From assembly GCF_009914755.1 (NCBI RefSeq), contig NC_060932.1: a DNA stretch of 64,000 nt. One strand, given 5' to 3'. A program made the translations under genes and the position numbers. The notes under the pieces were generated by a model that was not told the DNA's origin, did no database searches, and saw only the letters and a list, made by a program, of their open reading frames with translations. This document shows, piece by piece, positions 33,400 to 47,942 of the stretch (its first letter is position 1; each line of letters starts with the position of its first letter). This stretch comes from the human T2T-CHM13v2.0 reference genome, Homo sapiens.

Positions 33400-33950
33400 G
33401 CTATACTCTGATTTTTAAATCTCCCTAAAATATGGATGTGATCATATTATTTTCTTGTTGAAATATCATCAAGAGCTAGCCATTATCTAAATGATGAAAC
33501 CTAAATGCCTTACCCTTGCAGGTAATCTGGTCCCACCATTAATCTGGTGTTCTGCGTCTAGCCTATATCCTAAATTGCAGCCACATTGACTCCTAAGCTA
33601 TTTCCCAAACACTGGTTTTCGAATATCCCAGTCCTTTAAATGGTAGTGATAGGTGTGGTACATGCTGTTCTGTCTGCTGAGATGGCCCTGGCTGCGGTTC
33701 TCCGCTTGGCATAGTCTCACAGATCCTACAAAACCCAGCTCATATGTGATACATGTGAAGTGGTACCCAACTCCACAAGATATTGTCAGCTCCCTCTCCC
33801 ATGTTGCCACAGGGCTTGGCAGGGTCTTTCCATCAGAAAGTCTCCTACCACATGAGGCATTTACATGTCCATTATTCCAGCCAGATGGTCAGGTTCTTAA
33901 AAATGGTGTCATATCCTATTCTTTACTAGCACAATACCAGGTACGTAGAT
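33400..33950 (+). mobile_element. L2 relic
   Basis: tgatcatattattttcttgttgaaatatcatcaagagctagccattatc...tttactagcacaataccagg. Confidence 0.5.
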
Positions 33951-34264
33951 ATGTATATGCATTCCCTGTTATCCTAGAGCTGTGGCCGCAAGGGATGGAT
34001 TAAGAGGGGTATTAGCCCCTCCATGGTATCTGTCAGTCTACCCTCACAAGTCTTTGGTATATTCAACCGATGTTTCTCAAACAGAATGTTTTATAGACCA
34101 GCTTTAAGACAAGTCCTTTGCCTCCTCTTCTCCCTACACCCAGAATGTCACCCCAAATATCTCCTGCATCAAAGTTTTAGAGCCCATACTGAGTAGCACT
34201 AACAATGTCTGACATAATAGGTGTTCAACAAAAATGTGCTGATGATAAAAAGACTACTAGTTCA

Positions 34265-34485
34265 TGGTTACAGAGCATTTACTATGTGCTAAGCAATAAA
34301 CTAAGCATTTATACCCATTATTTTATCCAGTCCTTAAGAAAACCCTATGAGGTGGGACATTATTAAAATCCTCATGTTACATCTGAAGAAACTCAAACTG
34401 GTTAAGTGTGCCCGGGTTGACATGGTGGGTAAATGACAGAGCGAAGATGTGAACCCAGGCTCTCCACCTTTAGGCCTTTGTGTTA
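34265..34485 (-). mobile_element. MIR
   Basis: gagcatttactatgtgctaagc...accctatgaggtggg...tgtgaacccaggc. Confidence 0.75.
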
Positions 34486-34486
34486 A

Positions 34487-34835
<349 letters not shown>

Positions 34836-35009
34836 TAACATTCAAGTATGAAAATGACCTCCCGGGGAAAAAAAAATTGACTCAATAGTCAGGTCTCTAA
34901 AGACAGTGAGATGGACCTGAAATAATCTTTTTGTAAGAGGCACGTTTGCCATTTTATACTACAGGGCCAGCGTGATGCTAGGATGTTGCATGTCCAGCCT
35001 GTAGCTCCC

Positions 35010-35245
35010 AGTGGTAAAAGCTCTTTTTGTTTACAAAACTGGATCTAGTCCCAGTTCTGCTACTCACTACTTGAGTGAACTTGAACCAAGTTATTTAACC
35101 TCTCTCTTTCCCCATTTCCCCAAGAGAAAATTGGGGAAACACTAGCCCTATCTCATAGCGTGTGAGGATTGTGTGGGCTGATGCACGTAAGACACTTAAC
35201 AGAGGCCTGGTACATTTTTACTGCTTAATAAATGTTGACTATATT
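35010..35245 (+). mobile_element. MIR
   Basis: tcccagttctgctactcactac...aagttatttaacctctct...gcttaataaatgtt. Confidence 0.7.
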
Positions 35246-35659
35246 TATCACATAATCATTACAACAGGACAAAACTCCTTGTCAGTATCAGCTGCCATCT
35301 CTGATATATCTGTGAACCTAGGATTACTCTCCATGAGCTGAGAACCAAGCCATGCTCAATGGAGGAAACTCACATTAGAAGTCCGGACCTAAGTCAGTTC
35401 TCGGCTGTGCTATTAATTTATGAGAGGGCTCAAGCAAAATAGCGTGATCTTTCAGGGCCTGGGTCTCTGTCTCTGGGCAATGCAGATAATGATGTACCAG
35501 TCACTAGCAGTGAGCCGTATACGTAGACAGTGTCTTAAAGTTGCTCCATATGACCATGCCAGCAGTGGCCACATAGATCAGTGACTAATGGTCATGCTAA
35601 AAATTTTTGACTTTAAGTCAGGTATGTAAACTAATGAACGCTATGTGGAATGGGTTAAG

Positions 35660-36001
35660 TTTTGGGTTTTGTTTTTTTGTTCTGTTGTTGTTGTTGTTGT
35701 TGTTGTTTGTTGTTGTTTTGAGGCAGAGTTTTACTCTGTCACCCAGGCGGGAGTGCAGTAGTGCAATCCGGGCTCACCGCAACTTCTGCCTCCGGGGTTC
35801 AAGTTATTCTAGTGCCTCAGCCTCCTGAGTAGCTGGGTCTACAGGTGCGCACCTCCACGCCCGGCTAATTTTTGTATTTTTAGGAGAGACGAGGTTTCGC
35901 CTTGTCGGCCAGACTGACCTTGAACTCCTGGCCTCAGGTGATCCACCCGCCTTGGCCTCCCAAAGTGCTGGGATTAGAGGCGTGAGCCACTGCACTCGGC
36001 C
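35660..36001 (-). mobile_element. AluSx-like with (TTG)n tail
   Basis: Full dimer; (ttg)n at about 35684-35716. Confidence 0.9.
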
Positions 36002-36629
36002 AGATTAAGTATTTTTAATGATAAATTGACATAACACTTAGGGAAAAATCCACATTTAAGTGATAAGAAAAAACGTTTAAAATGCTCAGAAACAGAAGGG
36101 CCCAGGAGGACATAATGAGCTTTTAATTACTTAGCTACTGTTCATTCCAATTGAGATCAATTACGTATGCTTTTAGTTACATTTAGAAGCATTTTCCTGT
36201 TTAAGAAGCCTATCTATCAGAGAGAGAGAGAAAAGGTAAGATTCATAAATTCCACCTACTTAATTTTTTAGGAGAGCTCTTGGAAACAAAAAGTCAGAGT
36301 GAAATAAGAGTTGTGCTGCTTCAAATGGAATTTAGGAATACTGAGCAACGTAGGTGGTCCCCGCTGGTATGATGCAATGCGTTTCTAGAAACCAGAGCAT
36401 GAGAGGAATCCTTATAAGGCCCGCCAAGCAGCTGCTCTTGCATTTGTTTGCACCCGGCCACAGGGTAATCCTTAATTTCCCAGGCCATTCTTGATCCAAA
36501 GCACAGTGGTAACAAGAAAACCCTCTATTTTTCAGGCAACGCCAGAGGTGAGGACGTGCTTATCAAAGTGTGGGAGTCATTTTTGTGTTTTTGATTCCTG
36601 AGACCCCCAGTGGAACACCACACTCTCTG

Positions 36630-36885
36630 AAAGGGGTGTTATGGCACAGCGTGGAGTGTAGAGGCTTTGAAGCAACACGGATCTGGGCTCCAATTCAGAT
36701 TGCACTCCTTGCTGCGTGATGTCAGGCAAATTACTCAGCTGTCCTGAGCTTTTCTGGAGTTGTCTGTAAATTCAGGGTAATGACACCTAAACTGCGGTTT
36801 GTTCTGAGGCTCGGTGAGTTGTCACACCTATATAAAATATCAAGTGGGTGCCGGGACACCCTCATTGGCCTTCAGTAAAGCTAGT
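36630..36885 (+). mobile_element. MIR
   Basis: gatctgggctccaattcag...gcaaattactcagctgtcctgagc...tctgtaaattcagggtaat. Confidence 0.65.
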
Positions 36886-37329
36886 TATGTCCTCAGTGGC
36901 CCCTCTTTTCCCTCATGTGCTTTGGACGTCTCCTCTATAGTCTTGTAACCTTTGCTCAGGGTGCCCCCTTTAAGAGCCTGTGGCTCAGCTGCTTGGTCAC
37001 CAGCTCTCACTGCTGCCCCAGTGTTGCTACTCTTGCCCGGCTACCCCTCTGAGGGCGCCAACGAGCTACACTTTTCTGATCATCTTCATCACGTGTGGCT
37101 CCTCAAGTGACACAGGAGACACGTGCAGGCCCAGAAGTCAGCCTGGTCCCTGCATTGAATTTAGCTCATTATTCGCTTGCACCCCTTTGGCAAAGTTTGA
37201 ACAACTTTATAATAGGCAAACTGTTTCACCACATTTGCATCCATTAAAGAAAAATCCAAGTTGGCATATGTGTTTAAAACACACAAACTACTATACCTGC
37301 ACTGTCCAATGTGGTAACCATGAGCCACA

Positions 37330-37790
37330 TGTGAAAATTGATCCAACGAACTGGGCCATTCTGGGCATATCCAAGTAAAGCAGAGTTGAGAGGCCAAGGG
37401 GAGAAAGCACTCAGGGAATACCACTTGGCTCCAAGAATGTAATTCCCTGCAAGCCAGGCTGCTGAAACTGCCTTCTGTAACTGGAAACCAGTTTTATCTG
37501 ACAGCTACTGAAACAACTTGCTACAGCTCTAAGACTACTTTTACCCACCACTGTAGTCTGTCACCGATCAGAACTTGTCAGCTTCCCAGAACTTGCCTGG
37601 TGCCAATGAACTTTTTTTCAAAACAATACATAGCATTTCTCCTTTCTATAAAATCTCCAACCTCCTCTTTGTTCTTCAGACAGAATGAGGACCACTGGTC
37701 TGTGTATATGCCCTGAATTGCAATTCTTGCTTCCCAAGTAAAATGTTTTAAATTTAGAGATTCATCTCTATATTTTATTTGACTTCAACA
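37330..37790 (+). mobile_element. ERV1 MER4-group solo LTR (MER31/MER65/MER67-like)
   Basis: tgtgaaaattgatccaa...ctccaagaatgtaattccctgcaagcc...tttagagattcatctctatattttattttgacttcaaca-type end. Confidence 0.65.
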
Positions 37791-37951
37791 GATATTTAAA
37801 ATGTGGCTGGTGAGAAGTGACATGCCTTGAAATAAAATACACACTGAATTTTGTGCAAAATACAATTAAATGTAATCATTAAATATACTTTAATTATTTA
37901 ACTATATTTTTATTGATTATATAAAATGTATCATTAAAATTAATTTCAACT

Positions 37952-38280
37952 GTTTTATTTTATTTTATTTTATTTTATTTTATTTTACTTATTTTTTTGA
38001 GACAGAGTTTCACTCTGTCTCCAAGACTGGAGTGCAGTGGCGTGATCTTGGTTTACGGCAACCTCTGCCACATGGGTTCAAATGAGTCTCCTACCTCAGC
38101 CTCCTGAGTAGCTGGGATTACAGGCATGCAGCAGCATGCCCAGCTAATTTTTGTATTTTTAGTAAAGAGGGGGTTTTGCCACATTGGCCAGGCTGGTCTT
38201 GAACTCCTGACCTTAGAAGATCTGCCTGCTTCAACCTCCCAAAGTTCTAGGATTACAGGCGTAAGCCACTGTGCCCGGCC
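37952..38280 (-). mobile_element. AluS with (TTTTA)n tail
   Basis: Full dimer on the minus strand. Confidence 0.9.
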
Positions 38281-40097
38281 CTATTTCTTTCTTTAATTCT
38301 TTTTATTCATCTTAATGTGACTAGAAGAAAGTTTTAATGGTGGCTCACATTAAATTTCTATTATACTAGACAAATCCCAAAAGCAAACATATTAACTATT
38401 TTAGAAATACTGCAGTAATCAACAGCTTCAGTACTGTGGAGACAGGTTTTTCTTGGAAGAGATTACGGAATGTAATTATTCATGTTTTGAAAGAGTGCTT
38501 GCAGCCTTTTGTATTTGCCTTTCATAATGGCTATGTCATCATATGATTGACTACTTGTTTACCTTTATCGATTATATTCGCAGATAGATGATTTTCAATT
38601 GGCAAAAAAAGTTAAAAACCATGCATAAGGTTTTCTGTCAAAAAAGTAATGCACGATTATCACCAACTTATAAGTATTTGTCATATCCAATGTAGATTTA
38701 CAATAATGGAGTAGTATCTGGTTTACTGATTTGATTGTCTAACTCATTTTGTATACAATTCCCAGTTACTTGGTCACTATTGTATAAGCTATTTTGGATA
38801 CATACGTAACTTTGTTTTAAAATGCCTAATTGCTCACTCAAGAATGAATCACCTTCAGTAGCTGGCTAAATGATTCCTATGAAATTTCAATTATTTGAAG
38901 AAAGCCAGTCTTCACTGTGACATCAGAAAAACAAAGCTTCCACTAAAAAAGATTAATAAACATAACTCTTTTTAGCAATCAAAATAATACTATGTTTCTT
39001 TGTCTGGTCTTTAAGACATTGGCCTAGTACATTTTTATTTGTTCAATATGTGATCCAAGTAAACATAGCCATCTTATGCTTTATGACTTTTGAAGGTTCT
39101 CAACGTATTCACCCAATCTAAAAACTGACCTGATACAGACATCTGTCTCATTGAAAACCACTTACAAACAAAAATAATACAGGCTGTCTTGGAATAGGCC
39201 AGCCAGAATATCACCATAGTTTGATCATCTTTAGTTTTTTTTCCAGAATACCTATTTTTAAAACTTCTTTTCAAAAATTGCCTGTATGTTCTGTTTAATT
39301 TTCTGTATTATTGGGATAATAATTTTGGAGGGAAAAACCTACTACATTTTCATTAAATGGTGTAACAAGCTGTAAAGGGAGATCACAGTATTTGTCAAGG
39401 TCAGTGAATTTGTCAAATGAAGCTGCTATTGGCTTCTGCGTATTGTTTGACTGAACAAATTGTGTTTTACTTCACTTTTATTTTAATATTTAATATTCTG
39501 GTATTTTTCTTTCCCATTTAAGAGTGTCCTGACCATCATCATCTTTTTAAATTCTTCTGTGTCATTTTGATTACCTATATATTCTTGCCATTCTTAACTT
39601 TTTTCTGTATCCTCATGAGTTTTAACCAGCAGAGTTTTTGTTTGTTTGTTTGTTTTGGTTTTTCAAGTTTCTACTGTGACATATAGGAGAGTTTGTGACA
39701 TTTTCAATTCTGTCAGTCTTCTCCCTTTCAGTTTACAGTTTGAGCTTCCACTAGGCTATTTCTTTCTTATTATTTGAATTTTAACATGAACATAAATCTG
39801 AAGAAATATCCCAAATTCATCTGAAATTAAGGCATACGGAAGAGCAATTTTAATGCATTTAAATCGTTACAATGTTGCATGGTTGTATGAAGCTGCATTA
39901 CTGTTTAATCAAATCTTCTTCTATATACCTTGTCTAATTATGAATGATGGAGCTCAGGAGTTTTTATCAGTGGATCATTTGTGTCAGTAACTATTTTGCA
40001 CACTGTTTCCTCTGGAACCACCAGACTTTGTTAAGACAAGATAAATTAAGATATTCGGAGATGCAACGCAACGTGCTGAGTTGCCTAAGGCATATGA

Positions 40098-40377
40098 CTT
40101 TTTTTTTTTTTTTTTTTTTTGGAGACAGAGTCTCACTCTGTCACTCAGGCTGGAGTGCAGTGGTGTGTGATTTTGGCTCACTGCAATCTCCTCCTCCTGG
40201 GTTCAAGCAGTTCTGCTTCAGTCTCCCGAGTAGCCAGGCTAATTTTTTTGTATTTTTAGTAGAGACAGAGTTTCATCATGTTAGCCAGGCTGGTCTCGAA
40301 CTCCTGGCTTCAAGTGTTCCATCCGCCTTGGCCTCCCAAAGTGCTGAGATTAAAGGCATGGGCCACCACACCCGGCC
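40098..40377 (-). mobile_element. AluS/J with internal deletion
   Basis: TSD aaggcatatgacttt/aaggcatataacttt. Confidence 0.9.
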
Positions 40378-43300
40378 ATAAGGCATATAACTTTGCACAC
40401 GAACTCACTCCCTGTTTGTAGTACTGGCATAGGTCTGTGCTCTACACACTTGAGAAGCCTGAACAAGTCATTTCACTGATGTCCATTAACAAAGAAAATA
40501 TTGTACAGGACTTTTATTGTTTTAGACAGTGGATGATGGTGTCTACTGACAGGAGAGCTCTTCCGTTTTGAGCAGGTGTTTTGAAAACAGAATCCTCTGC
40601 TTAGCTTTGTACGTGTCTGATGATAGGGAGAATTTTCCACAGACCAGTTTTGGTCTGCACATGTTTATCCTAGCTTCTCTTCCACTATCCAGCCGTACAG
40701 TGCCAGTACACAGGCCACGTCCTGATCACGGTATGACCTGGCCCTGTACAATCACATCACTGTAGGGCAGGTCAGCACGGGGGCCTCAGGAGTATTCCTG
40801 GAATCTACTCCATACTGGGACAGCTAGCAGTAACTTAACCTGACACAACAGTGACTGTGAACCTCACAAATATATCCCATGAAACCCAGCTAACTGGATC
40901 TTCCATTTAACTTCCTCTTAGATGGAGCCTCAAAGCCCCCATGATCTCCAAACACACTCAAGGCAAGAAGAAGAAGGATGGAGGGAAGGCAGAAGTGGAC
41001 AGAGGTGTTGAGCAAGCATATTTAAGATATCTCTAAAAAAATTGTTTGCATATAAGAACATCAGACCATGTGAGCATATTGCTAAGCCCTTCCCTGGGGT
41101 CTTGGGAAAGGCCCATGCAACTGAAGGGCCCCGAAGTGGAAGCTTTACCAGCTGCACAGCAAGTCAGCTTCTAATTTATTTCAACACCAAGCCAGGGTTC
41201 CAGGACATGGCTCCCATATCTCCATTCTCTTCTGTGTCAAGGTCCGTTCCATGCCCACCAACTGGGCTCCTTATCCAGATGTGGGGACTTGTGGCCTCCC
41301 CTTTATTCAGGAGTGTTCAGCAGAACTAAGATGCCCTATTATCAAGTCCTTCCTCATTCTCAATTTCTCCCAGATGATCTGCTGCATCTTCATGAAAACC
41401 TGCCTCCTCCTCAGACAAGGCCTCCTCAACTGTACTCGCTACTTCTCATTGTCTTGGTTCATTGCTGTGAATTATGGAAGAAACTATCTTTGAGTCAGTA
41501 AAGAATATGAAAAGTTAAACAAGTTTTATTAGGCAAAATTCAAAGTGGCAGTGAATGGGAATCAAGAATATACACAAACTTTGCATGTTGACAGTGATAG
41601 AAAAACGTCCTAGTGTAGGATGCTATGGTAATTATAGCATGGATCACCTGGAACTGATTCCGGAAAGAGTATCAAAACATTAGAGTCGATGATGTAAGAC
41701 AAGCCCAGGAGAATTTTTAACCCAGTTGTGACTTACAAATCCAGAAGAATTTTTAGCTCAGTTTGGGTGGGGATGTGACAGCTGCCTCTCAATAATTGTT
41801 ACGTGTACCTACAAGGACGGAGTGAATAATGTAGCTGGGCACAAAGCAATCTAAATTAAACCAAGTAAGTTAAATTAAGTAAAAGATAATGAGAGCCAGA
41901 TGTTGTGAAACTCCGTTAGGCTATGGAAATATCCCGAAAGAGATGCAAGTAACATCATTACTCAGAACCAAGAAAATAGTATTATCACGGAATGTGTTAT
42001 GAGTAACTTCAGGATGCTTCTTCCAGGGGACTAACTGGAGGCCCAACACGTTTCCTGTTTCTCTTGCCAAATGCCACAATTCTGTGATCCTTGTTTACCC
42101 AATGCCAAATTATGAGGACAAATTTCTTCATTAATATAATACTTAAAAACAAAGACTATTGCCTAAAGAGTTCAATCACTTAAAGCCCTACTTTTTTTAA
42201 AAAATGTGTCATCTCATAGAATAACTGAATTTCCCAAAAAATCCAATTAATTTGGATGCTGTACAATGAAGCCTGTTAAACTGGAAAGAAAGAGACAAGA
42301 GCAGGGAAGACAGGTTTCATCTAGTAAGCTTACTGTAATTAATTAATAGCATTTGCTTGGGGCTGTGAGTGGAGAAGGGTTTTGAGGAAAATAATATCAT
42401 GATCCATCAGTGATGTCTGCCATGGTATGTGATAAGCCAGCAACAACTTGTCTGCCATTTGCAAAACTCTCTTAGACCAGAGCTAGAGGTCAGCTAACCA
42501 CAGACTCATCAGAATCCAAGAGGCCCCAGGCAGTGTAGACACAGCCCTGGAGCTGAGGCTTTCTGCTCCTCCCTTAAAAGATTCCACCAGTGGCAAAGAA
42601 ACCAGGAAGCCATGTTTAAGGGCCCACTATCTTAGGCTATGAGAGTCATGACTGTACCCTCTGGCTTTTGAGAATGCTCTTGGAGGCAATTTTGCACAAC
42701 TGTGTCATTTTAATCGTGAGGAAGCTGAGGCCAGAGAAGCTATTTCACTCACCTGTGGCCATAAGACAACTTAGAGGGAGAGTTGGGACTAGAACCAAGG
42801 CCCCCTGGCTCCCAGACCTGTGACATGAAGTTCTATGGGAACAGCCGGTCCCTTTCCTGCTCCTGCTCTGCAGCACTCTCCCAGGTCCTGGGTAGCCACA
42901 TGATGCTAGTCTTAGAGCTGTGTGGATGCTTGTCAACCTCTGACCTCTTGTTGCCCACCAACTTCGAAGGTTGTACTCCTGCTTCCTTTTGGGGTCTGTG
43001 GTCAGTCTTCTCTTGTTCTTCAGGATCAGTGACTCATTGGACACCTTAATTCAGGAGATAACAACAATGGTAGCTCCTGAAATGCCCCACGAAAGCTCAG
43101 GTGGACTATAGTGTTCCTCCTGACGTAAGCCATAAAACAAAACATGCTTGACCTGGGTATAGAGAACCCTGAATGAGCTTCAATATTCCTTTTTGGTTTG
43201 TTAGTAACAAGAGCCAGCCAAGGGCAGATATGAGTCAGACTATGGTGTCATGTACATCCCAGGCTGACCTTGAACTTGCTCTGCCTGTTAGAGGCCCAGG

Positions 43301-43844
43301 GACAGCAAAGAGAAGCTTCCCCTGCCTTGTTCTGGGCATGATCACTTTGCAGAGGACAATCTAATCCTTTCAACTTGACTTGTTTTCATTTGTGATTTTT
43401 TTTTTCCCTCTTCCTATCAAGGCTCCTAAGGACATCTGACAGCCTGATGACAACCACCTTAAGGTTCATCAAGACCCAGACAAAACAGAATTTCACATCA
43501 GCAGAAAGCCGAGCACCTCCTGTCTTCTTTCCAGGACTGACATGTTTAGTCATACACCCTTCTAAGTTTTCTTCTTGGTTTTACTTACTTGTGTGGTATG
43601 GCCAGGGGCCAAGGCCAGGGAGATGCTCAGCAGGTTGCCCCAGTGGGAGGGGTTTGATGCTGCCCCGCTTTTCTCCTCCTGCAAGGACATAAACCATTCC
43701 TGGTGCAAAGCTGCAGACATTGTTTTCTTAATACATGAAGTAGCTTTGGCTTGACTGCAAGGACAGTGTTGCTCTGGCAATAACTGGTATTGTATCAAAT
43801 GAACATGAAACTCAATACAGCAGCGTGGTCTTCTCCATCTTTGG

Positions 43845-43975
43845 CCCATTTATACCTGGTGTTCCATTATTGGAACACTAAAAATGTGGGAGTCATTTAT
43901 ATCCTACTGCTCAAGGTCATTGCCAAGGTCTGATTTGCAAAAATTCAAAAAATTGCAACCTCAGGCATAAATGGG
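43845..43975 (+). mobile_element. MER85 (piggyBac/PGBD3 MITE)
   Basis: TIRs cccatttatacct...aggcataaatggg; palindrome gttccattattggaac; degenerate TTAA flanks (ttgg/ttag). Confidence 0.9.
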
Positions 43976-44557
43976 TTAGAGCCTCTTATTTTCAGAGTTC
44001 CTGAGCAAACGGCAACTATTCTTCCAAAGCTTGTTGGATTTGCACGTATACACCCAGGCCTCTGTGAAGGGGTCTGTGTTACTGCGTTGTTATCCAATAG
44101 TCAAAAAGGATACATCCAGCTTCTCATGTAAAGCATTTATCATAGTACCTGGCACATGGTAAGCATTTAGTAGAGTTAACCATTCATATAATTATTATAA
44201 CTTTTGTTGTGTAAGTAGCACCATGCTGTAATGTGCAGTACTATATGGCTTAGTCTTAATAAGAGCTGGCATACTGTAGAAGTTTATAGCTATTAAATAA
44301 TTTTCAATCATAATTCCACTTAATCCTCAGAAAAATAGCTTAAATTGCACCTCTACATACAATTTTCTCCATTGGGTCCCCATCTATTCCTTCTGTGAAC
44401 TACCACAGCGCTGAATTTGCTTCTGTTTGTTCCCTCTCCCCCACTTAACACACACAGCCCTGGGAACCCTCTCCTCCTCTGCTCTGCTCTCAGCCCCAGG
44501 AAGTGACATCCCCCAGGCTCCCCTGCCAGCTGGGAGGCACCAGCCGGAGATTAGAGA

Positions 44558-45382
<825 letters not shown>

Positions 45383-46099
45383 GAGGGTAAAGGAGAGAAA
45401 GATCTCAGCATTTCTTTCCTTCTGCCTCCCTGCTTTGGGCGCAGCATCTCCGAAAGCTGACATGTTTCTCTGGGATGACAGATCCAGTGGAACAGCCCCC
45501 ACTGCAGGCTCCAGCTCTATTTACTCATTTCGTACCATCGTAATAGCTCCCTTTCTTATTAATCTTTGGGCACCTGAGTAACCTTTATTGATTCTTTAAC
45601 CCAGGACACACCAGAATGATCCCATCCTTCAAGCCTCTTCATCTGAGTCTTTGGGGTGAATGTTGTTTCCTCCTGAGATTCAAAGAGACAGAGCAATATT
45701 CATCTTTCTCTCCATTTTATAATTATAGTAGAAATACATGTTGATTGCGGAAGCTTTTGTAACTAAAGAATACGTTTTTAAAAATCAACCCGAATCCTAC
45801 CAAAAGGAGATCACCGTTATTGACCCGTTATCTCCCACTGGTGTGTGTGTGATGGAGGAACCTTATAAAAATAGCTTGCTGTTGTCGTCTGTCTCATTTC
45901 TTTAAACATTCTTCAAGAATGTAATTTTTAATGGCTGCTTGTTGTTCTATGATATTTATAACTCTCTTGTGGCACTTGGATTATAAAATATTTTCTGCCC
46001 CTAGAAGATACTCACAGAAGGCAATTTGCCATTCAGCTAGCTTTGTACTTTGCACATTAATGTCATTTATTCAAAACCACATCATGCACCCCACCCTGT

Positions 46100-46620
46100 C
46101 AAAGACAATAAATGGTTTACAGACATAAATAAAATATAGCAAGAGAACATACACTTAATGTATGTAAAAGAGTAAAAGAGAAAATAAGCATCAGCATAGT
46201 AAAAGGAGATGGAGCCAAGACAGGTTAAAATCCACTAACGCATGCCAAGAATCTTATACTCTTATTAGAAGTTGGCCACAAACTTGGCTGTAAGTCCATT
46301 CAAAGAGGAAAACATTAGTAGTTATTCAATCAGAGTTTCCATAAAATAAAAACAATCCAGTTACTTGGGAGTAGTCTTAGCAAATGGCATAATGTAGTCT
46401 TCAACAATATCCTTACTGACAAGGCCGAGAGGGGATTTTTATGGAGCTGTTTCTTTTAAAGTCTGCCTATATAAGCCGAGGGTATTGTGCCAAACTGCAA
46501 GTCAGGAAAAGCAATTCTACCAGGGCCCTGGGGAGATACATTCTTGGTACATAGCTCTTCATCTGGCTTAAGCTAGGAGTGGAATTCAGAGACTGTAGAC
46601 AAAAGGATGGTTTGCATATT
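46100..46620. mobile_element. Ancient LINE relic (L4/RTE-like)
   Basis: tagaagttggccacaaacttggctgtaag...caaactgcaagtcaggaaaagcaattctac; recall only. Confidence 0.35.
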
Positions 46621-47439
46621 CTTCAGGAAAATCTCCATGCTGGCTCTCTTTACAATATCTATAGATCTATACCTACTATATTAAGTAGCAGAGTTCTGGC
46701 TCCAGCAATGTGGTTATTTGAACTAAACTGGACTCCATCCCTTCTAGAAACATTTAAAGTATCACAGAAAATTATAAACACATAATCAAAATTGAAAGAA
46801 CAAATGAACAGTCTCCAGGTCTCAGCAACAGCAAGAAAGGTCTCAGGTAGAGGGATTAGGCTTACCAGCCACCTCTCCTGGCCCAGGGGGACATGGAACC
46901 GCAATACAGATCCAAAAGGGTGAAATTTTAATACGTCAAGAGGGGAATTTGGTGTGATCTCGGGCCTCTGCAAAGTAGGGAATTGAGACTGGAAAGTTCT
47001 GTACGCAGCTAAGTCCCTGGAAAGAAGGAGTAGAAAAGCTATTATTAGCCCATCACTGATTAGGGCTCTGATTTAAAAGAAAAACATCAGATAAACAAAC
47101 AAACAAAAATTATCCTACAGAAATGAAACCCCAATTTCAAGACACTTGTAATTGTAGAGCCCTGATTTACCCAATCATAGCTGCAAAATTAACATAAATA
47201 TGGTTCCCAAACCAGTGAAACCCACAGAACATTTGGCAAAAGGGAATGCAAAACAAATCTGTAGTGACATTTCCCCTGCCCAGGCTCCTGGGACAACCAC
47301 AGGAACAAACGACTTCAGCTGAGGATGAGCTCACAGTAAAAAACTTACAAACCACAAGACAAACAAAAAACTGAATCACGTAAGGGAAGTCAGCAGATAC
47401 AAAAATACAGAAAAATAGGTGCTCCCCACCAAATTGAAA

Positions 47440-47729
47440 TATTTGGGATGTTGGGGATGTTGGAGGTGGTGGGATTCCCTTGCATCTTTGTAGATCTCAA
47501 GACCTCGGAGATCTTGGGCTGTTTAGGTGAAGATGGTGGCACAGGTGCAGGAAGAAAGAAGAAACTCTTCAAAAGCCCTTTACGTCAGAGTTCCCACTTT
47601 TACTATATTAAAATAATGTTACAAAGTGAACTGAGCCATGAAGCCAAGTCAGAAAGCTAGAGAGCCCTGAAGTTTTCACCAAATGTATGGACATAGGCAA
47701 GTTTCCTCACCTCCTCAGTCTAAACCACC
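47440..47729 (-). repeat. Inverted copy of 49804-50092
   Basis: 290 vs 289 bp; about 16 differences by hand alignment (~94-95%). Confidence 0.95.
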
Positions 47730-47942
47730 TATTTACCATCTATTTACCAACCCCAAGACGTAGGCAATTACTAGAACCCTTCCAGAGTCACAGAAAGCAG
47801 GGCAGATGGGGCTGTGCTGACTGACAAGAGATGAGCTCTGAGGTTCTGCAGTGAGCAGGTCTATGCAAATCTACCCCTAAATTCTGAGGAAGCTGAGAGG
47901 CCAAAGAAAAAGGCTGACAAATCTAGTTTCTTAGAAACTATT
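47725..47942 (+). repeat. Direct copy of 50462-50664
   Basis: About 30 differences in ~200 bp (~85%); includes the MaLR/ERV1-LTR junction. Confidence 0.9.

Larger units (their letters stand above)
37296..38370. mobile_element. MER33/MER3-like hAT element, interrupted by an LTR and an Alu
   Basis: cctgcactgtccaatgtggtaaccatgagccacat...ggtggctcacattaaatttctatt. Confidence 0.65.
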
